From the human T2T-CHM13v2.0 reference genome, Homo sapiens, in NCBI RefSeq assembly GCF_009914755.1, contig NC_060925.1: 64,000 bases of DNA; one strand, given 5' to 3'. Position 1 is the stretch's first letter. Every line of letters starts with the position of its first letter. Made by a program: the position numbers and the translations under genes. The notes beneath the pieces were generated by a model that saw only the letters and a list, made by a program, of their open reading frames with translations, ran no database searches and was not told the DNA's origin. This document shows, piece by piece, positions 14,301-29,673 of this stretch.

Positions 14301-15239
14301 AAGAAGACCAAGAGAAATTAAATTTGTTGTTGATTATTTGCCTGGCATAGGAACTAGCAAAGAGAGCAATTCAATAGTCTTTTTTTAGCCCAAAGGATCA
14401 ATTTAGCTCTGCCCAAGCAGGTAAGAGGCTAAGAACTCCAACTGTCCACGTGCTCAAATTATAAAGTTTAAATTTGACATTGAAACCTAAATAAACATAA
14501 TGCCATATGACATTTTCCATTGATGTTTCCCTTGAGTTCCACTGCATTTTGCTTAACAAGCAGCTCATCCACATGTGGCTAGAGAAGAAAATACCTCAAA
14601 GGCCAGAGAAGGCCAAAGAGACCCATGCAGGATAGAAGGCTCATCCATGGAAACTCCATACTCCAGATTGAATTTCACGAGCAGGACAGACAGGCACCAC
14701 CAAACTGGGTCCAGTGTCCTGGCTATGGCTTCTAATTCCCTAATCTGGTTCTATCTATGAGTCAAGGGAAAATCTAGAAATGGTATACAGTCACCAAACA
14801 TGAAGACATTTCCAAGAGATCCAGGATTCCATTCCAAAGAAAAGCACCTTTTCCTTTTACCTTGCTGTCTACCCACCTTCAGAGGCGCATTCTAAACGTT
14901 GCCTCTGCAGAGGGTGACTACATTAAACATTTCAAAAATAACCATACTGGATGTTGTGATACCCTAGAGAACTGCAGATTTTTCCCCAAATAAGAAAATG
15001 TAGCTCTTTAGAGCATATCTGAGAAACCAAATATCTGCTTAAACCCTTCTGTCACAGACACTGACACTACTCAAAATGAACTTTTCTCAAACATTAGATA
15101 TAGGTCTTTACCATCTAGCTGAGATGTCAGGGCACTAGAGAGTCTCTATCTAAAGAGATAATTAAGAAAGAAATATCCAGAGTTTGCACAGTTTCTGACA
15201 GTGACATCAACCACCCATTGAAATGCTCTCTTTGCCAGA

Positions 15240-17450
15240 TCTGTCCATTCATTCAATAAATAAATATTCAATAAAAACACCTGCATATAGAACACCCATG
15301 TGGCAAGCAAAGTGAGAAATAAAAAAGTAGTTTAAAAATAGACCTTGCCTTCAAAAACTAAGACATATATAACCCTCCCCACCCCCCCAAAAAAATAAGG
15401 TAGAAAGCATTAATTGCCCTAAGAGGGGTATAAAGTGCCACACTCATGTGAGTTCAGAGAGGCTGAAATTATCTCTGATGGAAAGAGTCTAGAAAAATTT
15501 CACAGAGGAAAATAGTATTTGAGATGACCTTTGAAGGGTAGGCAGGATTTGAACCTGAAAGATGATAGCAAAGTGCATCCAGGTGGAAAGATCGTTCTAA
15601 GCAATGAATCTAAGGAAACAAACACAGGAAACAACACATTTGTTTCAGTCTGGCTGGAGAATAGGCTGCAAGGCACATAATTTGGGGAGGGGGGTAGAAA
15701 AATAAGTGACAGCCATTTTATAGATGGCTTTCAATAGGAATTGGGAATTTATGTCATAAAAAAGAGCCACTGAAGGTTTCTGAGCTGGGGAGTGGTATGC
15801 CAAGGGTGAGGCTTCCGAAGGATTAATTGGGCAAGGCAGATTAGAGGAGAATGTGAGCAGAGGCAAGAAGACTAATCAGGATAGAAATACAGTGATGTGG
15901 GTAAAAAGCAAAGAACTGTGGTGTCAGAGAAGGCAAGGAGAGGAGGAGGTAGATGAGAGAAATGTTGTCAGGTTAGGGTCAACATGATTTGCTCATTGGT
16001 GCTCATGTGGAAGAAGGACATGAAAGATAATCCTGATGGGTGTATTCTGGATGTCTGAAAAGATAATAATATTATCAACAGAAAAGGAACTCAGCAAGTG
16101 AAGATGCCTGTAGAAATCCCAAATGCTTATGTTTGGTCATCCACTGGAAATGTGGGCCTGGTGTCAGGAAGTCACAGAAGTATCTTTGGAAGACCAAAGA
16201 TACTGTTCAGTCCCAGTTACCTTATCTCTGTGGTATTTGCCATTGTTGACCCTCTCCTCCTTGAAATTTTCCTCTTGGGTTTCTAGACAGTATCCATTCC
16301 TCATTTTCCTCTTCCCTCTGTGGCAATTCTTTCCGTCTGTATGAGCTCTTCTTCTCCTACTTGTCCCACAAATGGTTGTATTCTCCAGAACTGCAGCCTC
16401 AGTCATTTGCTGTTCTCATTGCACATCCTGTCCCTGAAGTCTCATCTATACCTGTTGCTGCAGTTACCACTTCCATGTGGATGGCTCCTGCAGAAAGCAG
16501 TGGTTAAGGATGCAGATGCTAGTAGTATCAGCCTTGGTTCACATTCCAGCCCTACTTCTGGCTGGCCATGTAACTTTGGACAAGTCACCTACCTTGATCT
16601 TTCTCATCTGTAAAATGTGATTATGGAGTTGTTAAGAGGATTTAACATGAGGATTAATATGAAATCTGGTACAGTGTAAGTCCTCAGTAAATGGTAATTA
16701 TTATTGAACAAAATCTGCAACTGGAAATCTAGATCTCTCTCTTGATAGCCAGTTCTACACAGTCAGTTGTCACCTGGGCAGGATCCCTCAAAGTCCCGAA
16801 GTAAACTCATTGTCTTTCTCACCTCCCATAACCCTGCCCCTCTGTATTCCCAACATTCATTCTATCATCCAAATTAGAAGCCTGGGAATCATCCCACAAT
16901 TGTCCCACTCCTTTACCCCCACATCCATCTGTCATCAAATCCTATAAGATACAATGCCAAACTACTAAACATGGCATGAAAACCTCATCATTATCTCACT
17001 CCTGCTTTTTGTCCAAACTCATTTCCCACCACTCTCTCATTCCCCAATGCACTCACACCCTGTGGTTCAGCTTCATATCAATGTACTTGCCGTTCCTCAC
17101 AAATATTGAGCCACCTAATATAAAGGTCTTTGCACATTTCTTTCGAATAGCCTTCTTCCAACTTCCTATACCCAATTCAGATAATTCCTATTGCCTTTTA
17201 AGACAGTTTGTGTCACCTCCCTGTGAAGGCTTTCTTGGCTACCAGTGGGCAGGTAAGTGGCTTTCTCTCTATTTCTTATAACAAATTGTATTTCCCTATG
17301 GTGGTACTTACCACATTAGAATTACTGATTTGCTTGTCTCTCTTCTCCAATAAATTGTAAGGACTTACAAGTAAGGACTGTGCTTCATTCATTGTTCAAC
17401 TCTCCTTCCTCTGCCCTCCCTCTATCACAATACATAGCACATGGAAGGTA
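15240..17450. mobile_element. L2 fragments (minus ~15240-16200, plus ~16200-17450) with an embedded MIR (~16495-16705)
   Basis: L2 tail motif TTCATTCAATAAAT; pyrimidine-rich L2 body; MIR core CAAGTCAC...CTCATCTGTAAAATG. Confidence 0.65.
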
Positions 17451-17455
17451 CTTAA

Positions 17456-18388
<933 letters not shown>

Positions 18389-19261
18389 AATTTTTTTTAA
18401 TATATAAATAAATGACTGAATACAGACAAACCAAGATAACCCTAGTGGTTTCCTGCTCTCTTTTTTGTTAGCATGATCAGTCATAGAATTCATGTAGCTT
18501 GACTTCAAAAGTTTTTCTGGTTTAGTCCATCCTCTGGAATAATAACTAATAGTTTCTATCCTATTTTCTAAGATACATGCATTTTAAAGCTAATGGGATA
18601 TTTGATCACAATGTCCTGCTGGGGTGTTAAATCAAAGAAACCAAAGCTTTCTTTCATTTTATTTTGTCTATGGCATCTTTCCTGCATTCTCCAAATGTTC
18701 TCTGGTTAATCACTTGATCCACACCAAATAAGTCAAATGAACTCACCTGATGAAATGCAAAAGAAAGCCTGTAAGAACTTTAAGTTTGCAAATACAATTA
18801 GACTCTCTTTAATTCAAATAGTCGGATAATGCGATTCCCTAAGATTGTCATTCAGAATACCAACTCTCATTGTACTGAGGGGAGAGAAGATGCATAGAAA
18901 CTCCAGGTGACAAAATATTTAAAAACACAGAATATTTTTTTCAAATGTATTCTTCTAATTTAAAGATGACACATCTTATAAGGGGGGATGAGAGCAATAA
19001 AACCGCTCCCAGTTATTACAGTGAACCTGCCAGAAGACCAGTCTTTGATGCCTATCAGCAGTCTCTGTCTATAGAAGCTGTTCCAGCTTTCATCCAGCCT
19101 TCTGGGTCCACTTCTCCACTCTCATTCCTCACATGTTGCCCCTTGGGGATCTCCTACTGGAAAGTGCTCTTTCCTGCCATCACCCTCCTAGGCCCCTACC
19201 AGGGACCCAGCCCCAATGGGGCTTAATAGGCACCTTGGCATGGTAGTCTGGTGCCCTAGAC

Positions 19262-19394
19262 TTTTTTTCTTTTAATTGAGGCAGAGTCTCACTACGTTGC
19301 CCAGGTTGGTCTCGAACCCCTGGGCTCAAGCATTCTTCCTGCCTCAGCCTCCTGAGTAGCTGGAACTACAAGCCACGTGCCACCTCGCCCAGCC
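19262..19394 (-). mobile_element. Alu monomer (FLAM-like)
   Basis: Single antisense arm; CCCTAGACTTTTT repeated on both sides (19254 and 19400). Confidence 0.85.
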
Positions 19395-20384
19395 AGTTAC
19401 CCTAGACTTTTTGACGAAAAGAAAAAGTTTTCCAGGTTAAGAAAATGAACCATAGAAAATTACAATTGTAGCACCAAAAAGGAAACTGGCTGACAGACCA
19501 GCAGCTCAGAGATCAGTGACTTAGACAATGCTGCCACCTATCGACCAAAAATGGAAGTACGGCTGGTCTTAACAAATTTAGAGCGACTTAATGGAAAATT
19601 TCATATGGATTTGGAATAGGTAGTCACTGAATTGTTATTACCATCATTACTGGTGCTTCAACAATAAGGTTTTTCTAGTCCTAACACAATCACAACTAAA
19701 TCCTATGAGCAGGGGGTGCGGCAGAAACTGAGGATGTAGAGTAGGAAAGTAGAGTCATGAATGTGAAGGAGTAAGTACTCTAGTACTTTTCCTTAATTCT
19801 GTGAATGTGGAGTAGGAAATCAGTTCAAATCCTGAAAGAGGGAATAGAGGGAATAAAGGCTAAGAAAAGCGCCCTTATTAGAAAAACAGATGGAGTAAGA
19901 GGAAGATAACAGCACCAGGAGACTGAGCACCTCCCATACACCACACACTGACTCAACAAGGTACATTCACATAAGGAATCTAATTTAATCCCCACTAAAA
20001 CCCTGCCAGACTAGCATTTTCGTCTCCATTATTGGGTCCCTATTATTAGAGTGTAGCCAAAAAAAGGTACAGATTTGCATAAGCTCACAGCTCAGACCCA
20101 GCAGGGCTGGTTTGAACTCAGGTCTGTCTGCCCTGTCACAAAAGCCCATTTTCATTTTAACAGACCAAAACCACCTATTCTCACTTTTCAAATTTTTTAA
20201 GGCAAATATTGAGTACATAAGATTGTTCTGATTACAATCTCCTGCTGGGGTGTTAAATAAAGGAAACCAAAGCTTTAGGGGATGCCTATGCCGGGAGATT
20301 TGGTGCCACAGATTCTCTTTAACCCGTAGGGGCTCTTTTTTTTCCTTTCTCCTTCCTGCCCCATTTTTCTCTCCCCTCTAAAAT

Positions 20385-20710
20385 CCTCTGTCTAACTATA
20401 GATACAGTACAGTAGCAACAGCCACTATCTACATATGGCCATTGGTACTTGAAATTAGGCTAGTCCAAATTGATATGCACTGTACATGTAAAATGCACAC
20501 TGGATTTCTGGGACTTCATATAAAAATTTTAAAATCCCATTAATTATTTTTATATTGATTACACAGTGACATGACACTATTTTGGCTATATCCAGTTAAA
20601 TAAAGTATGTCATTAAAATTAATTTCATCTGTTTTATTTTTTAACAGGACTACTAGAAAATTTTAAATTACATATCTGGATGGCACTGTATTTCAACTGG
20701 ATAGCGCCGG
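20385..20710 (-). mobile_element. MER33/MER3-type hAT-Charlie DNA transposon
   Basis: CTGTCTAA... start and ...CTACTAGAAAATTTTAAATTACATAT...TGGATAGCGC end. Confidence 0.75.
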
Positions 20711-22703
20711 TTTAAAGACATGCAAACATGCTTTTGTAAAGAAACGCATTTCATACATTAATTAGTATAAGATTACAGGCATGAAACCAAAATCTGTTTC
20801 CTGCTCAGTTGATAGGCAGAAAACTGCCATCTGAGGTTCAATTAAGACAACTATAATTATTAACCGGGAGCTTCTCATCGTGAGCAAACTAATGAAGCCT
20901 GATTTTCTCTGGTTGTATGCCTTATGAGTGACTGATTTGTTCACTAATTATCCCAAAGGTTTTTATCCTGCAGATTACATTAATAATAGTGTGATTTATA
21001 TACTAGAAGAATATGCTCTATCAGGCTCAACAATAACTTCACATTTCTCATATTAGAGAAAGTTGAGCTATTACTATTCCCCTCAGAAGCATGTTCCTAA
21101 GACGCTGCTGAATCTTCTCACCCCTACCTAGTTCAATGTCTTTAAAGCAGATGGAAATGTCATTGTGAACCAAAGGCTAGTCACATCCTAGGATTAAACC
21201 TATTTACCTCGAAGGCTTATTTTCAGGCTAACCAGGGTTCCTTACAACTTTTTCTTATCAAAAACAATCCTGGAAAAATGGACTTAGAGAAATCTACAGG
21301 CCAATGGACTCCTAAAGACAAGATACAGTCAAAGTTTCTAACCAGGAATTAAAAGATCAGGCTTACTCCCTAGGATGACAAACAATTGGTCCAAACCATA
21401 TGGAGGTGCTCCTTCTACAGAGCCCTCAGCACAGTGGTACCTGAGACTGGACTTCATGAGCAGGGTTCTTGGGCAGGCAGAGCACATTCTGGGATGGCAG
21501 AAGACATTCTGCCTGTCCAAGAATTTCAAAGAGCCTCCATCTGCCCCTTGGAGTCAGGGTCTATGTCAATCATGATGCCGAGTTTCCAGACAGGAGGAGA
21601 ATGGACTAATTAATTTCTCAAGTTCGCCTTCAAAACCAGACTCTGATCCCCCACTTTCAGCATAAGGGAACAGACCCAATAAGTTAAATTGAAGTTAAAA
21701 AAAAAAAAAAACCCTGGTCTGAGGTTTCCTAGGAACCCACTTGAATAGTGCACAATACAAACTCAACAGATATCTTCTGCCAGCTCTTTTCAATTTTCTC
21801 TGCTATGTGTGATATTTTCCATGGATGAGACCAGAGATGTTTGGTTGTAAATGATTGTCAGATGTTTAAACAATTTTGTTGCTGAAACATGATAATTTCC
21901 AGAAGCCCCTTTTCTGTACACGGTATCTTTTGCTAAGACCCACCACAAAGAAAATGAGTTGTACCAGAAGAATGGCAGAAGATCTGGAAATTAACTAAAA
22001 AAAAAAATGGACGATAACATGCCTCAAACAAAACAAAAAAAATCATTAATAAGAAACAAGCCAGTTTCTAAGGGTCATGGAAAGAATACACATTGAGTTC
22101 CCAGCAGCTGGCTATGTTTCAAAGTCAGTAACCTCCAACTTGTCAGGGAAGATTGTGGTTAATGCTGTGAAAGACATGTGCTGAAAGATTTCTGGTTGCC
22201 CTTAAATTCCTGAATTTCTAGTCAGGATATCATACCACACATGTGCAAAACAGAAAAGTCTGGTAAAGTCTAAGTGGGTCCTGCTGTAAGTGTATAAAAT
22301 CTTAACTTATAAAACCAATACATTAGATAATCACATATCAAAAAAGGATTAACTCAAAAATATTTTTAAATAAAAATTTCCCTACTCACATAGTAGGTTG
22401 AATCATATGAAACTGCAAATATTTGACTCTTTTTGACCCAAAAACCCCCAAATTCTGGCAATTCAAGCTATACATTTCATTAACAACATTGGCACTAAAA
22501 ATTTAAAGAGAGTATTAGGAAACCCTACAAAAGGTTGCAGAAATAAAATTTTTAAAAAATATATTTCTCAAATTACAAAGTCAACAGGAAATTATTTTGT
22601 TCAATGTTTTCTATTTTTAGATGTATAATTTTTTTCAGTGACATACCTATAGCCTCTTTTAATCTGAATACCACAGGATATAATCAGTGATAACTAAGAA
22701 GAA

Positions 22704-22912
22704 TTTTTTTTTTTTTTTTTTTTTTTTGAGACAGGGCCTCACTCTGTAGCCCAGGCTGGAGTGCAGTGGCAGGCACAATCTCGGGTCACTGCAACCTCCA
22801 CCTTCTGGATTCAAGTGATTCATGTCTCAGCCTCCCTGGTAGCTGGGATAACAGGCGTGTGCCACCACGCCCAGCTAATTTTTGTATTTTTTGGTAGAGA
22901 TGGGGTTTCACC
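22704..22912 (-). mobile_element. 5'-truncated AluS
   Basis: Long T-tail, right arm and linker, stops at GGGGTTTCACC. Confidence 0.9.
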
Positions 22913-23317
22913 TGAAGTAAGAACTTCAGTAATAAATTTGGCAATGCCTAAAATAATAGTAATACACTTCATGTTTGTTTATTGTTTATATTTCAAAGTA
23001 GCTTTAAATGAAATGACTCTATTAAGCCATTTCTCCAAATCCTTTGTGTGAAAATGAGACAAAGATGGAAGAAAGAGAGAGAAAGAAAGAAGGAAAGATG
23101 GACTAATTTTAATTATCGAAATTTAGACACCCAAATGAGCATTGTCTTTCAAAGGACTCCCTATAGCTACATATCTAATTCCAAGTGACGCTGCCACACT
23201 GATCAGAACGTTCATGGAATTCCTCTTTGGAATCACTTTCCAAGTTACATAAGAAAACCAGTACATTCTTTAACAGTCATATTTTTTTCTTTTTCTTTTT
23301 AAATTCCAAAACGGGGT

Positions 23318-23390
23318 GTCTAGCTAGATCAGTTGGTAGAGCATAAGACTCTTAATCTCAGGGTCATGGGTTTGAGCCCTACGTTGGGCG
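23318..23390 (+). tRNA. TRK-CTT12-1: tRNA-Lys(CTT)-derived gene/pseudogene, 73 nt (likely TRK-CTT12-1)
   Basis: GTCTAGCTAGATCAGTTGGTAGAGCATAAGACTCTTAATCTCAGGGTCATGGGTTTGAGCCCTACGTTGGGCG is colinear with canonical human tRNA-Lys-CTT; anticodon loop CTCTTAA; several CpG-type substitutions including B box GGTTCGA to GGTTTGA, so probably non-functional. Copy name from memory. Confidence 0.9.
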
Positions 23391-23685
<295 letters not shown>

Positions 23686-23870
23686 GGCACCAACCAGCTT
23701 ATTGATCTACTTAGTTCCAGATGCTTTTTGACTATTTGCTAAAATGTGTACATACATGCATACATAAAAATAAAATAAAAACGACTCGGGAAAGGAAAAT
23801 ATTTTTACACTGAGGATACCCAAGAATGCCGGGTACATTCTCCCACTTTCCCTTTTTGTCTGCTTATTAC

Positions 23871-24042
23871 CCACTTCCTCCAGCAGTACCCTCCACCTTC
23901 TGACAGAAAACCAGGTCTCTTCTCTGTAAACCAAGGTGGTTCGAAATGAGATGGTGGGAATGTCCCTTACAACGGCCAGCCCCAATCCCACCGGGAGTAA
24001 CTTCGACATATTCCTTTACTCTTTCTGCTTCTTTTAACATAT
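23871..24042 (-). other. Candidate internal exon (172 nt) of a minus-strand transcript from the 24.6-kb promoter
   Basis: Minus-strand acceptor ...tttacctactttccattttcAG and donor TGG|gtaata; non-repeat sequence retaining CpGs; upstream donor TAA|gtaagc at ~24304. Confidence 0.45.
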
Positions 24043-24206
24043 CTGAAAATGGAAAGTAGGTAAACTGCACCTACTTCCTCAGAAGGTGGAAGGGATTCGT
24101 GGTGTAATCTCTCTACGTGGGCGGAAACACACTGTAAGCACCCAAATAACAAAATGTAAATGTCTAGCAAGTATATAAAAAAACATCAGGAAAGGTTTTT
24201 TGTTTG

Positions 24207-24238
<32 letters not shown>

Positions 24239-24399
24239 TCATATAAAAGGCCAAAAGTAGGGAAGTGACAGAAAGGCTGATTGCCGACCTTTTCAGAGCT
24301 TACTTATTTTAAACAATTACACTGACTCATAAAATAAAAGTATTTCTTGTGCCCCGGTCAAAAGCAAGTGGATTTTTACTTTAAGGGTGAATAATAAGA

Positions 24400-25060
24400 A
24401 TGCTTTGGGGATGACGAATAAAAGGGCTTCCCCCGGCTAGCCGAGGCGGAGCCATCGGGGATATACCATCTCTCCTCGTCGATCTGGAAGGCTTTCTGAA
24501 GGAACTGGGGTTTGTGTCCCTGGCACGCCCGGGACCTGCGTGGGGCTCAGCGCGCTGCCAGGCGACCTCAGCAGCCCAGAGCTTCAACGGTTGCTGTGGC
24601 AACAGGCCGCCCAGAGCAGCAGTCAAAGTCCCTGCGTGGGCGACTGCACTTCCCAAGCGCGGAGAGTCTGCCCAATGAGTTCCGCCCTCTCTAGCGCGCT
24701 TTCTGTGATCCACCAATCAGGCGCTGCCACGCCCGAGCTGAGTGGTCAGCTTGCCTGGGAGGGCGGGGTTAGGGTGCAGAAACAGGACGGAGAAGGGGGC
24801 TGTATTTCCCCTGGCGTGTGAAATGGATGTTAGTGACTAAAGCTCAATTTTCCAGTTAAGGGAGGAGCCGAGACTTTTAAGTCGAGTGTTCCTGTGGGGC
24901 CAAAAGGATGGTTTCAGAGAAATCCCAGGAAGTGAGAGTGCTGGGATATGCGAGGGGCCCACGGAGCCCTCCCCTGCGTGTCTGAGATCACACCCTGCGG
25001 GTACCCTGCCGTCGTGTGCTGAAGGAGGTGACTGGATCTCGACTCCAGAGTTTGCTCCTG
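24400..25060. promoter_or_regulatory. CpG-rich orphan promoter, probably bidirectional
   Basis: Local CpG enrichment; RFX X-box GTTGCTGTGGCAAC 24590-24603; MYB core CAACGG 24585-24590; ZNF143-like ACTGCACTTCCCA 24643-24655; CCAAT at ~24672 and ~24713; GC box GGGCGGGG ~24760. Confidence 0.75.
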
Positions 25061-26461
25061 AGATCGAAAAACAAAACAACCCAATAATAGTAATGACAGC
25101 CCTGGGTGGGGACAGTTGCAGCAGGTCTCATGAGAAACTCACTAATTTTGTAGGTTCAGGGAAGGCGTGGGCATGTTGGTGAAGTAAGGTTCTGAGTGGA
25201 AGAAGAAAATGCTGCTTCTGGGGAAGAGAATACCGTCAGAAGGAAGGAAAGAAAGGAGGGAGTGGGAGGGGAGGGGAAATCAAGGGAGAGGAGAAGAGGG
25301 GAGGAGGGAAGGTGAGGTGAGGTGATTGGTATTCTGCCAATCCCATTCTGCACACTAGTGAGACCTAGCAAGGACTAGAGTTTCAGGGGGAAAATACGAG
25401 AATAATGAAAGATAACAGAGAGGAAAGAAAAAAGAAATAATTGAAAAGTTTGAAAGAAGAAAGACAACAGCTGAACCAATGGAGGTGAAAATAGAAGGAA
25501 ATGAAAATTCTGCAAGCTTTTGTTTCATGGATAAAAGGACTGTATTTTCTGGTCCATTATCAGGATACAAGATGGAAAAAAAAGCTATTGAACTTGTGGA
25601 GAAAGTGGCTGGTTTAAATTAGTCCTGTCCCTGAAAATCCAAGCTGCGTGTTTGTCAGTCTTATGGCTGATTTAACTCATAGGCCCAGGAGAGAAAGGAT
25701 AGAAGGAAGCCTGAATGACCAGCAAAGAATCTGCATCCAATCAACACTCAGAGCATGTATGCTACATTCTTCAGAAACCTTCAGGAGTCATAGACTGTGG
25801 TCAGTTCTTCGTCAGAATTATTTTAGATTTACTTCAGTTGTTTTTTCATCAAATGCACATAAAACATGGAATTGTTCTTAGCTGTGCAGACCTTGTCTAT
25901 TTTCTGAAAGGAAAAACAATGTTAATTTTTAAAGCCCTACATACATTACATCTTTGTACTTTTCAAATCATTGTGTCACCCCCTTCCCTTCTCTTTTGAA
26001 GGTGCCTGGCTGAATCTCTCCTATTCTCACAATGGCTTTGCCTCCATTCTGCTGAAGTCGCTTCCCATTGCTCACATTATTATACTGTTTTTACTTCACT
26101 TCCAAGCTTGTTTCTGACTACACAAAGGGTGCTGTAATTCTGAGTTCCCTATATATAGAGTTGCTTTTCCAGGAACATTATTAATAAAAGGAAAGGTCTT
26201 CCTTTTCCATTATGGAGATACACCCATGTTACGTTGTGCTTTGATGATCTGGGCTCTGACTTATAAAACCAGTGTTACTATAATTTTCACATCTTTGAGC
26301 AGCTCTGCCCAGTCAGTTCCCCATAGGTCCCTCGGGAGTTTTTCTTGTTTTATTTTTGAATCTTAGCTGGAATCTATCTTCATTAGGAGTCTAGCGTCTT
26401 GTTCTCCGTAGAGCTCTGAAATGGTATAACAGAGAAAGGGGTACTAGAAACAGCAGGCTGA

Positions 26462-26783
<322 letters not shown>

Positions 26784-27429
26784 GACTCTCTTTAATTTTC
26801 TAACAACTCAAATAGAAAGTTTTTTGGCTTCTGCTGTTTCCTGACTCTTCCTTTCCTCTTTTCATATAGCTGGTCTACCTTACTGATGTTTCAAGTCACT
26901 CTAGCTGCTAGAATTTAGGTGAATTATATTTCAGGCTTTCAAGCCATTTAAGGGGACAAGGAAGATTGTTAACGTCTGGACCTCAGATCCACTGGCCTTA
27001 AGAGCTCAGTATCACTCCCCACGATGTTGGCAGATTGGTGTATGTTGTTCTCTGATGTTACCTTGTAGCCATCTAAATGGCTCTCTGCATGCTAAACCTT
27101 GGGGAGGAAAGGCTCAAATAGGGTTCACCTTCCCTAACTCCTACTCTTCCATCATTTTTTAAACTATCACAATATCCTGGACATTCTTATTCATTGCTGA
27201 ATCAGTATAGTTTGAGTGTTTGGAAAAGAGGCGGTGGGAGGAGAACAAAGATGAGTGGAAAAAGCTGAAGTGAAAGCCTTTTCTCAAAAGCTCCTAGTCA
27301 GGAGAAGTGACACTGTAGGGCAGACAACTCTAGAAATAGTAGGATACACAGAGGAAGGGCCAGAGTTCAGACGTATGTGAACTCGATGTTGTAAATAGAA
27401 CATGGGTATAAGGAAGACAGAACACTCTA

Positions 27430-27655
27430 GTGGTTGCTGGCACAAACTCCTGGGTTCTGATTTCCACTGTGGTGATTACTATGTGGTGACCCTAGACAAG
27501 TTACTCAACCTCAGCTTCCTTGTCCGTAAAAGGGGGATACTAATGGCACCAACTTCACAGGGTTGTTGTGACAATTGAATAGGTTGATTATATAAAGTGC
27601 TTGGAATAGCATCTGGCATTTGGAAGTGCTAAATAGGTATTAACTATTATTATTC
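27430..27655 (+). mobile_element. MIR
   Basis: GACCCTAGACAAGTTACTCAACCTCAGCTTCCTTGTCCGTAAAAGGGGGATA core. Confidence 0.75.
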
Positions 27656-28510
27656 TAGAGCCATAATCCCAAACCCACAGCAGCTTGCCACCACAGGAGT
27701 GTCTCTGATACAACCATTCTTTGAGCAAAGACAGTGGGGCATTCTTTCTCATAGTTACTTGTTCTTTTATTGTTATAGGCTCTACTTGGTGTCCAGGACA
27801 TTAATTAAGCAAACAAGCTTTTGCTTAGAATTCAGTAAAAGCATCATAATCCATTTTCATTTCTACTTTAATACAAGGGTCAGTATGAATTGTCATCCAT
27901 TGATAGTGGAAATTCTCTACAATAGCTTCTCTATGAGTATGTTAGCAGCACAGTGGAAAAAGAAATATATGAGAACCTTGACTGCTTTCCACCTCTTTCT
28001 CTCGTAACTTTCAGTATTCCACAATCAATTCCTTCCACACTACCAAGGAGAGTCCAAAGAAATCAGTGTCCTGAGATCCACCACTGAAATTAAGCATTGC
28101 TGTGGGTGAAACTCAAGTGACGCTGACTTTCCAGGATATAGGAGTAATTAGAAATATAAAGTGAATAAGAGAAGGTGGAACATTTGATGAGAAGTGATAA
28201 GTGGCCACAAGGTGGCATAGGACAACAGCCACAGAGCACTCCCTTCCTCCCAAGTGACTCCATTTTGCATAAGGGCTCTGTCTCTGCTGCCCTGCCCTCT
28301 TACAACTTAGCACCCTTAAAAGCTGTCTTTGCAAACACCCTCGTGCCTTTCTTCTCCCACATTCCGTAGTCAGTGGTCCTCTTTCCCTAGTTCCTCTTTT
28401 CTTTCAATAGGTCTCAATTCTCATTGTTTCAGCATGGATTCCCTTTACTCGCAGGTGACCCTGCTTGTTGGTCCTGTACTCGGCAATTCCTCCTTCAGAA
28501 AAGTGAGCTC

Positions 28511-28910
<400 letters not shown>

Positions 28911-29326
28911 TCACCAGTCACGTTGGGGTCCAACAGGGCTGAGTAACAGAAGGCTGTTGATTGACTTTATGTAATCTTCAAGAGTTTCCTGAGTAGTCAG
29001 TTTGAGTTTTTTAGATGATATGATCTTCTATAGAGGAAATAGATTAGGGCATTAAAATTGAGAAAGCAGTGCCTGACTGGATGTTTGTTAAGGAATTATT
29101 ACCCAAAGACAAGTGGCCTAGGAGTCAGTAGACTGACCTGGATTTTAATCCCACCCCTAGCACATAGCTTGTATGTTTAGGCCAGTTAATTAATTCTATG
29201 AGTGGCATCCTTTTGTCCATAAAATGAGGGTAATATCCATCTTGTAGGATTTGTAACATGTAAAATATCTACTTCAATAAATGTTGGTTTCCTCTTTTTC
29301 CCTCATATGCAAAATGAACGGGACTG

Positions 29327-29673
<347 letters not shown>

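Noticed and set aside
21965-21983. Possible 19-nt minus-strand microexon
   Set aside because: Donor CTG|gtacaa is weak; insufficient support.
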